Shown here piece by piece: positions 35,383-45,741 of a stretch of DNA of 64,000 nt. The notes beneath the pieces were generated by a model. That model was given only the letters and a program-made list of their open reading frames with translations, was not told the DNA's origin and did no database searches. Numbering within the stretch: position 1 is the stretch's first letter; each line of letters starts with the position of its first letter. Origin of the DNA: Candidatus Limnocylindria bacterium (lineage in GTDB: Bacteria > Chloroflexota > Limnocylindria > P2-11E). Position numbers and translations under genes: made by a program. Location of the stretch: NCBI GenBank assembly GCA_036002305.1, contig DASYTL010000013.1:18935-82934 (forward strand), in the 5' to 3' direction.

Positions 35383-36879
35383 ATGACCGGAGAGGGCTAC
35401 CGCCGGTCGCTTCGTGATGGCAGACGAATCATTTATGCGGGTCAGGAAGTTGCGGACATCACAGCGCATCCCGCCTTCAAGCGCACTGTCGACAACGTAG
35501 CTGCGCTTTACGACCTGCAGTTCGACCCGGCCTATCGCGACACCTTGACCTACCTCGACCCAGATACGGGTGACCGGCTGAGCACCGGATGGCTCGTCCC
35601 GAGATCCCGTGAGGATCTCGAGAAGCGACGCGAGACCCTCCGTGTCAGCACATTGCACACGCTTGGGATGTATGGGCGCCCACCGGACTACGGCTCGACG
35701 ATTTGCATGGGATATCTCTCGCTCCTGGATCTTTTCGAAGCGGTCGATCCCAAGCTGGCGGCAAACATTCGCGCCTTCGTCAAGGCGGCGGCGCGCCGGA
35801 ACGCGATGTGCGCCGATGTCCTCGCGGAGCCGCAATCGGACCGGATGGTCCCGAACAACCAGAAGCCGGGACGGCTTCGGGTGGTCGAGGAGCGCAAGGA
35901 CGGCGTGGTCATTTATGGCGGCAAGGCTGTCGGCTCACTCGCCGCGGCCGGGCACTACATGACGATCGCCAACCTGCTCTTCTCCGACATGGATCCGGCC
36001 TGCAACATCTGGTGCCAGGTCCCGGTCAATGCCAAGAACATGACGTTGGTGAGTCGCGAGTCCGTGACTGCCCCGGCAGAAACCGGTGACCATCCGGTGG
36101 ACGCCTTCGGCGACGAGATCGACACGTTCTTCATCTTCGACAATGTCTTCGTCCCGTGGGAAGACATTTTCGTCTACAAACAGGACAAACTCCTGGGCCT
36201 CTACTACCCGGTGTGCGCGCTGGCTCACTGGCACATCTTGGCGCGGCTCTGGTATCGCGCGGAAATCTTCGCTGGTGTCGCCCAGGCAATCGTCGATGCC
36301 CTCGGGACGGGTGGGATTCCTGGTGTGCGGATGGCTCTCACTGAAGTGTTCGCCTATGCCTCCACCCTCAAGGCGTTCATTCTCGCCGGCGAGAAGGAGG
36401 CGAAGCACACCAAGGCGGGTGTTCTCGTCCCTGATTCCACGATGATCACGGCGGGGCGGCTGCATTCGCTCGAGCATTACCCGCGTGTCATCCAGATCAT
36501 CCGCGACATCAGCGGCCAGGGCTTGGTGAGCAGATTCCCAGAGGCAACGTGGCGGGTCCCCTATGTGGCGGAGAAACTCGAAGAGTTCACCGCGGGCCAT
36601 GGCATCAGTGCAAAAGACAAGAACCGGATCTTCAACCTCGCCTGGGACCTCGTGTGCGGCAGCCATGCCTCTCGGGTCGCGCTATTCGAGCACCTCAACG
36701 CGGCCCCGCCCGCCTGGATTCGCGAGGAAATCTATCGCTCGTACGACCGTGCGGAGGCACTCAGATACGTTCGTGAGCGCGCCGGCATCTCAGCCGAGGC
36801 GGCGGAAACGACCTCGCCCCAGGCGAGATCGTCCTTCGATCTGGTCCGGAGGGAAGCTGAGCGCAAGCCGAGGTCTTGA
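35383..36879 (+). CDS. HpaB-family two-component flavin-dependent monooxygenase, oxygenase component
   Basis: The N-terminus MTGEGYRRSLRDGRRIIYAGQEVADITAHPAF is typical of 4-hydroxyphenylacetate 3-monooxygenase-like proteins. About 500 aa, with a flavin reductase encoded three genes downstream. Confidence 0.85.
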   Translation: MTGEGYRRSLRDGRRIIYAGQEVADITAHPAFKRTVDNVAALYDLQFDPAYRDTLTYLDPDTGDRLSTGWLVPRSREDLEKRRETLRVSTLHTLGMYGRPPDYGSTICMGYLSLLDLFEAVDPKLAANIRAFVKAAARRNAMCADVLAEPQSDRMVPNNQKPGRLRVVEERKDGVVIYGGKAVGSLAAAGHYMTIANLLFSDMDPACNIWCQVPVNAKNMTLVSRESVTAPAETGDHPVDAFGDEIDTFFIFDNVFVPWEDIFVYKQDKLLGLYYPVCALAHWHILARLWYRAEIFAGVAQAIVDALGTGGIPGVRMALTEVFAYASTLKAFILAGEKEAKHTKAGVLVPDSTMITAGRLHSLEHYPRVIQIIRDISGQGLVSRFPEATWRVPYVAEKLEEFTAGHGISAKDKNRIFNLAWDLVCGSHASRVALFEHLNAAPPAWIREEIYRSYDRAEALRYVRERAGISAEAAETTSPQARSSFDLVRREAERKPRS

Positions 36880-36912
36880 ACTGCAGGCGAACGAGGAGGG
36901 GAGGACTTAGAG

Positions 36913-37749
36913 ATGCAAACCGCGATCAAGTCGATGACGATCCAAGAGGCCTCTGCGGCGGCGAAGCGCGCCGCGTTCGAGCCAGGAGCCGGGAAGTACC
37001 CACTGCTCGGTGACGAGCTCCTGAAGCGACCCGGGCGAGTGATCGATCTCACACGACCCATCTTCGAGGGTATGCCGCAGTGGTACGGCCATCAGAAGAC
37101 CTTTATCCCGACCAACCAGGACCATGAGAAGTTTCGTGAGATCTACAAGACCGATCCAGGCTTTGCGGCCCGGAACCTATTCATGAGCGAGCACTGCGGA
37201 ACTCACGTTGATGCGATATACGAGTACGACCCCGACGGTCCGCGCCTGGACAGAATGTCCCTTCAGTTCTTCTGGGGATCCGCCGTGTGCCTGGACGTGT
37301 CAGAGGTTAAGTTCCAGGACCCCGATCCCGAAGGGAAGGGCTACGCGACGGCCGGGGTCATCCAGCGCGCCGAGGAGCGGCTGCGCGAGAAAGGCGAGTC
37401 GATTCGCCGTGGAGACATCGTTCTCCTCTGGTTCGACGTCGGCGACCGCATCTTTCCGACGCAAACCTTTGCTTCAGAGTACCCGGGCGTGAATTGGGAG
37501 GGGGCGGAGTACCTCGCGCAGAAAGGCGTAGTGAATATCGGTACCGACTGCATGGGCCTTGACAACACACTCGACACGCAATTCTCGAGCCACATGGTCT
37601 GCAAGAAGTACGGGATCGTGAATACCGAGAGCCTCACTAATCTCGACAAGCTCCTCAATAAGAGATTCCTCTTCTTCGGGCTCCCACTCAATCTAAAAGA
37701 CGGGACCGGCTCGCCGATTCGCGCCTTCGCCTACGTGCCGGACGCGTAA
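36913..37749 (+). CDS. Cyclase-family protein (kynurenine formamidase / isatin hydrolase-like amidohydrolase)
   Basis: Contains the HxGTHxD motif (EHCGTHVDA), and also IGTDCMGLD. Confidence 0.8.
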   Translation: MQTAIKSMTIQEASAAAKRAAFEPGAGKYPLLGDELLKRPGRVIDLTRPIFEGMPQWYGHQKTFIPTNQDHEKFREIYKTDPGFAARNLFMSEHCGTHVDAIYEYDPDGPRLDRMSLQFFWGSAVCLDVSEVKFQDPDPEGKGYATAGVIQRAEERLREKGESIRRGDIVLLWFDVGDRIFPTQTFASEYPGVNWEGAEYLAQKGVVNIGTDCMGLDNTLDTQFSSHMVCKKYGIVNTESLTNLDKLLNKRFLFFGLPLNLKDGTGSPIRAFAYVPDA

Positions 37750-37784
37750 GGGCGAACGGCGGCGACTCAGGGAGGAGCACGAGG

Positions 37785-38216
37785 ATGAGCGCGAAGAAGC
37801 GACTGATGCCAAAGGAGCACTGGAATTGGAGCATTCCCGTTCCGTTTTCGCAGGGTTGGAGCGTGACCGGAGGCCGCCTGGTGTTCGTCGGCGGTCAGAT
37901 CTCGGCGGATGAGCGCGGTCGCACCATCGGGGTCGGCGACATAGAAGTCCAAACACGGAACGTCTTCGAGAACATACGCAAGGTCCTTCGTGAGGCTGGC
38001 GCGGACATGCAAGACATCGTGAAATTCAACACGTTCTACGTGTACGAAGGAGAGGGCGACGCAATTCGCGATTACTGGGAGAAGATGACCCGCGTGCGCA
38101 TGGAGTTCTTCAAGGAGCCAGCCGCCTGCGGTACCGGGGTTCGGGTCACCGGATTGGCGTATCCGGATCTACTCATCGAAGTAGAGGCGATCGCATGGGT
38201 ACCCGACGGTCGGTAG
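37785..38216 (+). CDS. RidA/YjgF family enamine/imine deaminase
   Basis: Contains VFVGGQIS, VQTRNVFENIRKVLREAGADMQDIVKFNTF and LIEVEAIA. Confidence 0.85.
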   Translation: MSAKKRLMPKEHWNWSIPVPFSQGWSVTGGRLVFVGGQISADERGRTIGVGDIEVQTRNVFENIRKVLREAGADMQDIVKFNTFYVYEGEGDAIRDYWEKMTRVRMEFFKEPAACGTGVRVTGLAYPDLLIEVEAIAWVPDGR

Positions 38217-38226
38217 GGCTGGCGCG

Positions 38227-38853
38227 GTGACTGAATTCGTCCCTCGTGACGAGCCGGATGCAGAGATAGTCGGCCTCGACGGCACCGTCTATGGGGTTGG
38301 TGGCTATGTCGAGATCGACGAGGCGCTCAAGGTGCGGATCCCGGAGGAGATCGCCGACCCCGATTCTTTCAAGGCCGCGATGTCACAGCTTGCCGCCGGC
38401 GTCGTGATGGTTACGACAATGGTCAATGGTCGTCCGTGGGGGCTCACCGTAAGCGCATGCTGCTCGGTATCCGTCGATCCACCGCTGGTGTTGGTGTCCC
38501 TCAACCGGCGCACGCAGAGCTGGAAGGCGATTCGCGACGCGCGCAGGTTTGGGATCAGCATCCTCCGTCTAGAGCAGCAGCCTCTCGCGCAGCTCGCGTC
38601 CGCTCCAGGAAGCCCGAAGTTCGTGGACGAGTTCTGTGTAGTCGATCCAACTGACGTCTCGCGCCCGCCCTCGATCAGAGGCGCGCTCTATCAGCTCGAC
38701 TGCGCCGTCGCCAACACCTACGAGGCCGGCACGCACATGCTCGTGGTCGGCCGCGTCCGGCGCGCTGCGCCAGGCAGTGACGAGCGCGGACGACCCCTCA
38801 TCTATTTCGACAGAGACTTCTACGGTCTCGGAGACGAGCTCCCTCGCGTATGA
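38227..38853 (+). CDS. Flavin reductase (HpaC-like) with an N-terminal extension
   Basis: Contains FKAAMSQLAAGVVMVTT...GLTVSACCSVSVDPPLVLVSL...THMLVVGRV. Confidence 0.85.
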   Translation: MTEFVPRDEPDAEIVGLDGTVYGVGGYVEIDEALKVRIPEEIADPDSFKAAMSQLAAGVVMVTTMVNGRPWGLTVSACCSVSVDPPLVLVSLNRRTQSWKAIRDARRFGISILRLEQQPLAQLASAPGSPKFVDEFCVVDPTDVSRPPSIRGALYQLDCAVANTYEAGTHMLVVGRVRRAAPGSDERGRPLIYFDRDFYGLGDELPRV

Positions 38854-40061
38854 AGATCTCTGCGGTCGAGACTCATCTGGCCGCGCCCAAATGGGACTCG
38901 GACCCGGGCTGGACACTCGGCGATCGGAACAGCGCGGCCTTTGTCAGGATTAGGACGGACGAAGGCCCGACGGGGATCGGCGAGACGATCCTGGGCCACT
39001 TCGCCCCGCTTGTTGTCCCGCCGATCGTGGACTACTTCCGTAGGAAGCTGATCGGCGAGGATCCCTTCCGCATCGACTACCTCTGGCACAAGCTCTACCA
39101 AGACGGCATCTGGTGGGGCCGCAAGGGCGCTGGACTCAGTGTGCTCAGCGGAATCGACATGGCCCTGTGGGACCTCAAAGGCAACGCCTTGGGCGTACCG
39201 GTCTACGAACTGCTCGGTGGCCGTGCTCACGACCGAGTTCCGGTTTACGCATCCGCGGGCGAGGCCCTCTGGCCACCGGAAAAGACTGTCGAAAAGGTGA
39301 AGCGATATGCCGCTGCCGGCTACCGGGCCGCGAAGGTCGGCACAATGGCGGCGTCGCAGCCGTACTACACCTACGACGCCAAGACGTCGCAGGCAAGGTT
39401 TAAGACGCCGCCGGTCTCGAGATACGCGGAGATGGACGCCGAGAAGTTCGCCGCGCTTCGCACGGCGCTCGGGACCGAGTTCGATCTGGCGGTTGACGGG
39501 CACCAAGGCGCGCACCCGCGACCGACGACTGCGCACGAGGCCATCCGAATCGCCAATGCCATCGAGCCCTACGGAATCCTGTTCTATGAAGAGCCCCTCT
39601 CCTATGAAGACCTTCCCGGCTGGGTCGAACTGAGGCGCCGTACCGAGGTCCCGATAGCCGGCGGGGAGTCCTTGTCCGGGGTCGCCGAGTTCGAACAGTT
39701 CATCAGCGCCGGTGCGCTCGACATCGTTCAGCCCGACGTCTCCCATGTCGGCGGCATTACCGCGGCGAAGCGAGTGCTCGAGCTCGCCGATGCCAACAGG
39801 CTGCGGTCCGCGATTCATACTGGCGGGACTCCTGGGCCGGGCTTCGCGGCGAGTCTGCACCTCGCGATCGCGCAGCACGGAACGCTCATCCTCGAGCGAG
39901 TTCACGCGACCGCAGGGACGCAAGCCCGTCTCATCAAGGACCATCTGGATCTCGTCGATGGCGCGATCGCGGCGCCCACCTGCCCGGGCCTGGGTCTAGA
40001 CGTTACGGACGAGTACCTCGCGGCGAATCCCTTCGAGCCGGGGATGGGGGTCAGATCGTGA
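38850..40061 (+). CDS. Enolase-superfamily enzyme (mandelate racemase / muconate lactonizing family)
   Basis: Contains GIDMALWDLKG, VPVYELLGG, AVDGHQG, FYEEP, IAGGES and DIVQPD. The ATG overlaps the upstream stop (ATGA). Confidence 0.88.
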   Translation: MKISAVETHLAAPKWDSDPGWTLGDRNSAAFVRIRTDEGPTGIGETILGHFAPLVVPPIVDYFRRKLIGEDPFRIDYLWHKLYQDGIWWGRKGAGLSVLSGIDMALWDLKGNALGVPVYELLGGRAHDRVPVYASAGEALWPPEKTVEKVKRYAAAGYRAAKVGTMAASQPYYTYDAKTSQARFKTPPVSRYAEMDAEKFAALRTALGTEFDLAVDGHQGAHPRPTTAHEAIRIANAIEPYGILFYEEPLSYEDLPGWVELRRRTEVPIAGGESLSGVAEFEQFISAGALDIVQPDVSHVGGITAAKRVLELADANRLRSAIHTGGTPGPGFAASLHLAIAQHGTLILERVHATAGTQARLIKDHLDLVDGAIAAPTCPGLGLDVTDEYLAANPFEPGMGVRS

Positions 40062-40197
40062 CGCGTAGGTCATCGACCGCTCCCGTGACCCATTCCTACG
40101 CGCCGTATGTCAACGCCGAGGCGCACCCGCGTCCACCCCCGATCAAGCCCGCTTGGGACCGAGCAGTCACTGACCATGTGTTCTGGTAGGGAGGAAA

Positions 40198-41811
40198 GTG
40201 GTGATCACAAGGAAAGCAATCACGATTCTCATGGCGCTAGCGCTCCTCGTAGCTGCGTGTCAAGCCCCGCCGACAGCGTCGCCCTCGGCCGCGCCAACCG
40301 CGGCTTCAGGCGGCACGCTGAATGTGCTCCTGACACAGAAGATCGTCGATCTGCATCCGCTCAGCGGCCAGCGCAATGCGGGCTTTCTCATCGCGACGAT
40401 GGCGTTCCAGGACATGCTGTACGCCGTAGGTGCCGACAACAAATACGAGCCGCGTCTCGCCGAGCGGTGGGAGCTCTCGTCGGACGCGAAGACCTATACG
40501 TTCCATCTGCGCAAAGGGCTGAAGTGGAGCGATGGCCAGCCGTTCAGCTCCAAAGACGTCCTCTTCACGTGGAAGATGTACATGACGCCCGACGCCAGCG
40601 ACCAGGCCGGAAAGCTCACGACGGTGAAGGGCCGGAAGGATTACGTCGACGGCAAGACAACGACGCCGGCCGGCCTCCGCGCTCCGGATGACAACACCTT
40701 CATCATGGAGCTGGACGAGGCGAACAGCGCACTGCTCAGTACGTTTGCCTGGCCGCCTCTGCCGATCATCCCCGAGCACGTCCTCAGCGCGGTGGCGCCG
40801 AAGGATCTGAAGACGCACCCGTTCTTCCGCGCGCCCACCACGTCCATGGGCCCATTCCGGTTCGTGCGGTGGCAGCCGGATCAGTTCGTGGAGCTCGAAC
40901 GAAACCCGAACTACTGGAAGCCGGTCAAGGCCGATCGCGTCTTCCTGCGCGAGATGGATCCGAACGTCGCCATCACCGCCCTCGAGAAGGGCGAGCTCGA
41001 CATCATGCTCACCAACGGCGACGACGCCGCTCGCCTCGAGACACTCCCAAACATCAAAGTGGAGTCCGCGTCGAGCCCCGGATTGAACAAGGTCACATTC
41101 ACGCCAGAGAAGGCGCCCTTCAACGACAAGCGCGTGCGCCAGGCCTTCCTCTACGCGATCGACCGCAAGGGGATCATCGCCACCGTCTACAAGGGCAAGG
41201 CCAGCATCGTGAATACCGACCTCCGTGCTCCGGGCACGGTCCCGTCCGGACTGGAGGAGTACACATACAACCCGACGAAGGCGAAGCAGCTTCTCACCGA
41301 CGCGAAGTGGGATCCCAACTACGTTTACAAGCTGTCGTTCCCGGTCGGCTCGAAGGATCGGCAGGCCTACGCCGAGATCATCCAAGCGAATCTCGCGGCC
41401 GTCGGCGTGAAGACGCAGCTGATGCCGCTCGAGTCGGGCGCGTTCCAAGAAGCGATCACAAAGCGCACGGTTGACGGCGCCGCCGTCGGCGGGGGCGTAT
41501 ACACAATCGACGGCAACAGCCTCTCAGCGCCCCTGAACTGCAACCGTTTCTTCCCCACGGGCGAGAATCTGGCTTGGTACTGCAACCCGCGCGTCGATCA
41601 GCTCTTCCTCCAAGCGCGCAGCGTCACTGGGGAGGCCCAGCGAAACGCGATCTACCAGGAGATCGCGAAGATCCTGAACGACGAGGTCTCGCATCTCTGG
41701 ATCAATGCCGCCGATAGTGTCTACGCGCGCTCGGCCAAGCTCACCGGCTTCAAGCCCATAGGCGACTCCACGACGTTCACGGTCAACATCGCTGACTGGG
41801 GGAAGAGCTAG
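40198..41811 (+). CDS. ABC peptide/opine/nickel-type binding lipoprotein (family-5 SBP), copy 1
   Basis: Lipobox LALLVAAC. Contains KWSDGQPFSSKDVLFTW, NPNYW and RVRQAFLYAIDR. Confidence 0.9.
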   Translation: MVITRKAITILMALALLVAACQAPPTASPSAAPTAASGGTLNVLLTQKIVDLHPLSGQRNAGFLIATMAFQDMLYAVGADNKYEPRLAERWELSSDAKTYTFHLRKGLKWSDGQPFSSKDVLFTWKMYMTPDASDQAGKLTTVKGRKDYVDGKTTTPAGLRAPDDNTFIMELDEANSALLSTFAWPPLPIIPEHVLSAVAPKDLKTHPFFRAPTTSMGPFRFVRWQPDQFVELERNPNYWKPVKADRVFLREMDPNVAITALEKGELDIMLTNGDDAARLETLPNIKVESASSPGLNKVTFTPEKAPFNDKRVRQAFLYAIDRKGIIATVYKGKASIVNTDLRAPGTVPSGLEEYTYNPTKAKQLLTDAKWDPNYVYKLSFPVGSKDRQAYAEIIQANLAAVGVKTQLMPLESGAFQEAITKRTVDGAAVGGGVYTIDGNSLSAPLNCNRFFPTGENLAWYCNPRVDQLFLQARSVTGEAQRNAIYQEIAKILNDEVSHLWINAADSVYARSAKLTGFKPIGDSTTFTVNIADWGKS

Positions 41812-41846
41812 AGATTGCCCCTCTTCGTATGACGATTCACAGCCAC

Positions 41847-41880
41847 GACCGCGGGGAACGCGCGAGCGCTCCCCGCGGTC
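41847..41880 (+). other. Intercistronic stem-loop after the binding-protein gene
   Basis: GACCGCGGGGA-(12 nt)-TCCCCGCGGTC forms a perfect 11-bp stem, located between the SBP stop (41811) and the permease start (41911). Confidence 0.6.
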
Positions 41881-41910
41881 GGATCATCCTGACCCCGGCC
41901 AGAGGACCCA

Positions 41911-42873
41911 ATGTGGGGCTGGCTTAGGCGGCGACTCTTGATCTCGATCCCTGTGCTTCTGGGGATCACGTCCCTGATGTTCGTGATGCTGCGCAGCACT
42001 CCTGGAGACCCAGTTCGCTATCTCGTCGACCCGATCACGATGGCCGGCGCTTCGGACGAGTACGTCGAAGCGCGTCGGCGCGAGCTCGGACTCGACAAAC
42101 CGCTTCCGGTGCAGTACGTCGTGTGGCTGGGTGAGCTCGCGCGAGGCAACCTAGGGTACTCGTACTTGACGGGACGGCCGGTGGGCGAGATGGTGCTCGA
42201 GCGCGTCGGACCGACCGTGAGGCTGATGGGTTCGGCCCTGATCATCGCCCTGCTGATCGGGATTCCACTTGGAACGCTCGCTGCGCTGAAGCAGTACTCC
42301 GCGCTCGACTACGTGATCGCGGTCCTGAGCCTCACCGCGGTGTCCGTGCCGCTCTTTTTCGTCGCGCTCGCCGCGATCTACTTCTTTTCCCTTCGCCTCG
42401 ACCTCGTGCCGATAGGCGGCATGTTCCCTCTCGATCGTCCGCCAACCATCCTTGATGAGCTCCGACACTTGGCTCTGCCCGCGACGATCCTTGCCCTGAA
42501 TCTCGCCGGGCCGGTCATCCGGTACACACGCGCGAGCGTCCTCGAAGTACTGCGCCAGGACTTTCTCGTGACCGCCCGCGCGAAAGGCCTCCCCGAGCGG
42601 CGGGTGATCCGGGTTCACCTGCTCCCGAACGCCCTCATCCCGGTGATCTCGGTAGTCGGCGTGCTGATACCCGTTCTGTTCGCGGGATCGGTGATCGTCG
42701 AGCAGATCTTCTCGTGGCCGGGAATGGGACAGCTGATGTTGCTGGCGGTCGGGCAACGCAACTACCCGGTCCTCATGGGCATCACGCTCGTCGTCGCGAT
42801 CGTCGTGCTCGCGACAAGCCTGCTCACCGATGTCGCCTACGCGCTCACTGATCCGCGGATCCGGTTCAAGTGA
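41911..42873 (+). CDS. ABC transporter permease (DppB/OppB-like), copy 1
   Basis: Contains TARAKGLPERRVIRVHLLPNAL and IVEQIFSWPGMG. Confidence 0.9.
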   Translation: MWGWLRRRLLISIPVLLGITSLMFVMLRSTPGDPVRYLVDPITMAGASDEYVEARRRELGLDKPLPVQYVVWLGELARGNLGYSYLTGRPVGEMVLERVGPTVRLMGSALIIALLIGIPLGTLAALKQYSALDYVIAVLSLTAVSVPLFFVALAAIYFFSLRLDLVPIGGMFPLDRPPTILDELRHLALPATILALNLAGPVIRYTRASVLEVLRQDFLVTARAKGLPERRVIRVHLLPNALIPVISVVGVLIPVLFAGSVIVEQIFSWPGMGQLMLLAVGQRNYPVLMGITLVVAIVVLATSLLTDVAYALTDPRIRFK

Positions 42874-43790
42874 TGGTCCGCACATCGACGATCCGTACGA
42901 CCGTCGAAGCTATGCCCTTTCCTGCGCGGCCGATGCCGTCACCTCTCCGCGCGGCGTTCGAGCGCTTTCGCCGTCACCGGCTCGCCATGATCGGCGTTGC
43001 GGTAATCGCGTTCGTGTCGCTGATCTCTATCGCCGCGCCCGCCATCGCGCCCTATGACCCTGTCGCAATTGATTTGAGCGCCTCTAGGCAGCCGCCGAGC
43101 CAGGCGCATCTCTTCGGCACCGATCTAACCGGACGCGACGTCCTCAGCCGTCTTATCTACGGGGGCCAGGTGTCGCTGACGGTCGGACTCTCCGCGGCGC
43201 TCCTCTCGACACTCATTGGTCTCGTGCTTGGTCTAGTCGCTGGCTACTTCCGCGGATGGGCTGACAGCGTCGTCATGCGACTCACCGAGATCATCCTCTC
43301 CTATCCGCTACTCGTGATGATCATCGTGCTCGCCGCTGTAATCGGTCCGGGTGTCGGGTCAATCGTCCTCGGAGTCGGCCTCTTTGGCTGGCCGACCACA
43401 TGTCGGATCGTGCGAGGCCAGACGCTCTCATTGCGTGAACAGGATTTCGTCATGGCGGCGCGTAGTTTGGGCGCCACGCATGTGCGCGTGATCTCGCGCC
43501 ATCTGATCCCTCTCGTCTTGGCGCCACTGACGGTGACGGCGACCTTCGGCGTGGCTTATGCCGTGCTCCTCGAGGCCGCGCTGTCCTTCCTCGGACTCGG
43601 CATACGGCCGCCGCAGCCGAGCTGGGGGAACATGCTCAGCGCGGCGCAGTCGATCCTGATCCTCGAGTCGATGCCGTGGCTCTGGTCGCTGCCCGGTATC
43701 GCGATCGGCGTCACCGTGCTGGCGGTCAACTTTATCGGGGATGGACTTCGCGACGCACTCGATCCCCGTCAACAGATCGCAGGCGCATGA
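42870..43790 (+). CDS. ABC transporter permease (DppC/OppC-like), copy 1
   Basis: Contains HLFGTDLTGRDVLSRL and AARSLGATHVRVISRHLIPLVLAP. Confidence 0.9.
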   Translation: MMVRTSTIRTTVEAMPFPARPMPSPLRAAFERFRRHRLAMIGVAVIAFVSLISIAAPAIAPYDPVAIDLSASRQPPSQAHLFGTDLTGRDVLSRLIYGGQVSLTVGLSAALLSTLIGLVLGLVAGYFRGWADSVVMRLTEIILSYPLLVMIIVLAAVIGPGVGSIVLGVGLFGWPTTCRIVRGQTLSLREQDFVMAARSLGATHVRVISRHLIPLVLAPLTVTATFGVAYAVLLEAALSFLGLGIRPPQPSWGNMLSAAQSILILESMPWLWSLPGIAIGVTVLAVNFIGDGLRDALDPRQQIAGA

Positions 43791-44761
43791 CGATCCGTTT
43801 CGGCGCTTGCCTCTGGAACCAGTACGCGGAATGGCCCGTGCTCGTCGATGCGGCGCGCCGCGCCGACAGCTTGGGCTACGCCAGCGTCTGGGTCTGGGAT
43901 CACCTCTATCCGGTCGTCGGCGATATCCGTGGCCCGATGCTCGAGGGTTGGATGACGATCGCTGCCATCGCGAACGCAACCACGAACGCTAGCGTCGGTC
44001 TCATGGTCGGCTGCAACACATTCCGATCGCCGGCACTCGTCGCAAAGATGGTGACGACGCTCGATCACATCAGCGGTGGCCGAGCGATCCTTGGGATCGG
44101 AGCGGGCTGGAGCGAGGAAGAGCACGAGGCGTTCGGGTTCGACTTTGGGAGCGGCGCTGGGGAGAGGCTCCGCTGGCTCGCTGAAGCACTCCCGCTGATA
44201 CGCGCGATGCTCGATGGCGAAGAGCCAACCACACCGGGTCCGCGGTATCGGGTCAATGCCGTGCGCAACCTTCCGCGACCGATCCAGGAAAGACTCCCGA
44301 TTCTCGTCGGGGGCGTCGGCGAGAAAGTCACCTTGCGGCTCGTCGCGCAGTACGCCGACATCTGCAATCAGACGGGCAGCGTCGAAGATGTGATACGACG
44401 CGAGCCGATCCTCCAAGAGCACTGCAGGGCGGTGGGCCGCGACCACCGGGAAGTGGAGCGAACCGCCTGCCCGCCCATCGTCGTAATCCGTGATTCACGT
44501 GCCGACGCCCGCGCGGTCTACGAGGAGACGATCTCGGGGCAGGGCGCAGGCGGCCGACGGCCACTCAGCGAGCCGGCGTCGCGCTCCGACTCGCCCGCCC
44601 CGCAGCCGGTTGGTACCGTCGACGACGTCGTCGCGATGCTTCGGAAGTACGTCGCAGTCGGCTACCGCCACCTCATCTTCTCGATGCCCTCGCCGTACGA
44701 CGAGGAGACGATGACCCGGCTGATGCACGAGGTGCTGCCGCAACTGGAGCGTGAAACGTAA
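43787..44761 (+). CDS. Luciferase-like (LLM class) flavin/F420-dependent oxidoreductase
   Basis: Contains LGYASVWVWDHL, GRAILGIGAGWSEEEHEAFG and PILVGGVGEK. The ATG overlaps the permease stop (ATGA). Confidence 0.85.
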   Translation: MTIRFGACLWNQYAEWPVLVDAARRADSLGYASVWVWDHLYPVVGDIRGPMLEGWMTIAAIANATTNASVGLMVGCNTFRSPALVAKMVTTLDHISGGRAILGIGAGWSEEEHEAFGFDFGSGAGERLRWLAEALPLIRAMLDGEEPTTPGPRYRVNAVRNLPRPIQERLPILVGGVGEKVTLRLVAQYADICNQTGSVEDVIRREPILQEHCRAVGRDHREVERTACPPIVVIRDSRADARAVYEETISGQGAGGRRPLSEPASRSDSPAPQPVGTVDDVVAMLRKYVAVGYRHLIFSMPSPYDEETMTRLMHEVLPQLERET

Positions 44762-44781
44762 CGACGAAGGGGGAGGTCTTG

Positions 44782-45741
44782 ATGCCACACCGATTCCGCG
44801 ATCAGCACCTCAAAGGCGTATGGGCCGCAATCCCGCTTCCCTGGACGGACCGTGGCACCCTTGACGCCGGGATCCTGCGAGAGCTCATCGCGATTTACAA
44901 GGACGCTGGGGTCCACGGTGTCTACACGACTGGGACTGACGGCGAATTCCACGTCCTCGAGTTGTCGGACTTCCGATCAATGGTCGATGCCTTCGCCCGG
45001 GCGGTGACTGACGTCGGTATACCTGCGCAGGTCGGCGTTACATGGGTGCACACCGCGGGAGTCATCGAGCGGACGGCCTACGCGCGCGACCGCGGCATCC
45101 AGGCCGTTCAGGTCGCGCTGCCGTTTTGGCAAGCGCTGAACGACCGTGAACTGACCAACTTCTTTGCGGATCTTGCCCGTGCATTTCCTGACGTGGCGTT
45201 GATCCACTACAACATCGCACTGGCGAAGCGATTCCTGACCGGCACGGAGTACCGCGCGCTGCTCGAGGTCGCGCCAAACCTCGTCGGAACCAAGCAGACA
45301 GGCGGTAACGTCGCCGCTCTAGAGGAGGTGGTTCTCGCGACGCCGGAGCTCCATCACTTCGTCGTCGACCCACACATCGTGCCGGGGCTCTTACTCGGGG
45401 CGAAGGGAACGTACAGCGCAGCCGTGAACATCAGCGCGGTCTGGATGATGGAGTGGTGGGCCGACTGCGAGCGCGGTGACTGGTCGGCCGCGACGAGTAA
45501 GAAGGTGCTGCTCGACCGAATGGACCGCGAGGCAGTTCGGCGTCTTCCGCATCTTTCGGCCGAGCCCTCGTGGTCGAAGCTCTACACCCGATGCGGCATC
45601 TTCCCGACGATGCCGCTCGCGGTGCGGGCTCCTTATCTGGCTGCAACCGAAGACGACGCACGGGTGTTCCGTGGCCTTCTCGAGACCGAGTTCGCCGAGA
45701 TGATCCCGACGGGGCGGCGGGCCACGGCGAGGCGCAGGTGA
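44782..45741 (+). CDS. Dihydrodipicolinate synthase / N-acetylneuraminate lyase family (class I aldolase-like)
   Basis: Contains VYTTGTDGEF and VGTKQTGG (Schiff-base Lys context). The ATG follows GGGGGAGG. Confidence 0.8.
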   Translation: MPHRFRDQHLKGVWAAIPLPWTDRGTLDAGILRELIAIYKDAGVHGVYTTGTDGEFHVLELSDFRSMVDAFARAVTDVGIPAQVGVTWVHTAGVIERTAYARDRGIQAVQVALPFWQALNDRELTNFFADLARAFPDVALIHYNIALAKRFLTGTEYRALLEVAPNLVGTKQTGGNVAALEEVVLATPELHHFVVDPHIVPGLLLGAKGTYSAAVNISAVWMMEWWADCERGDWSAATSKKVLLDRMDREAVRRLPHLSAEPSWSKLYTRCGIFPTMPLAVRAPYLAATEDDARVFRGLLETEFAEMIPTGRRATARRR

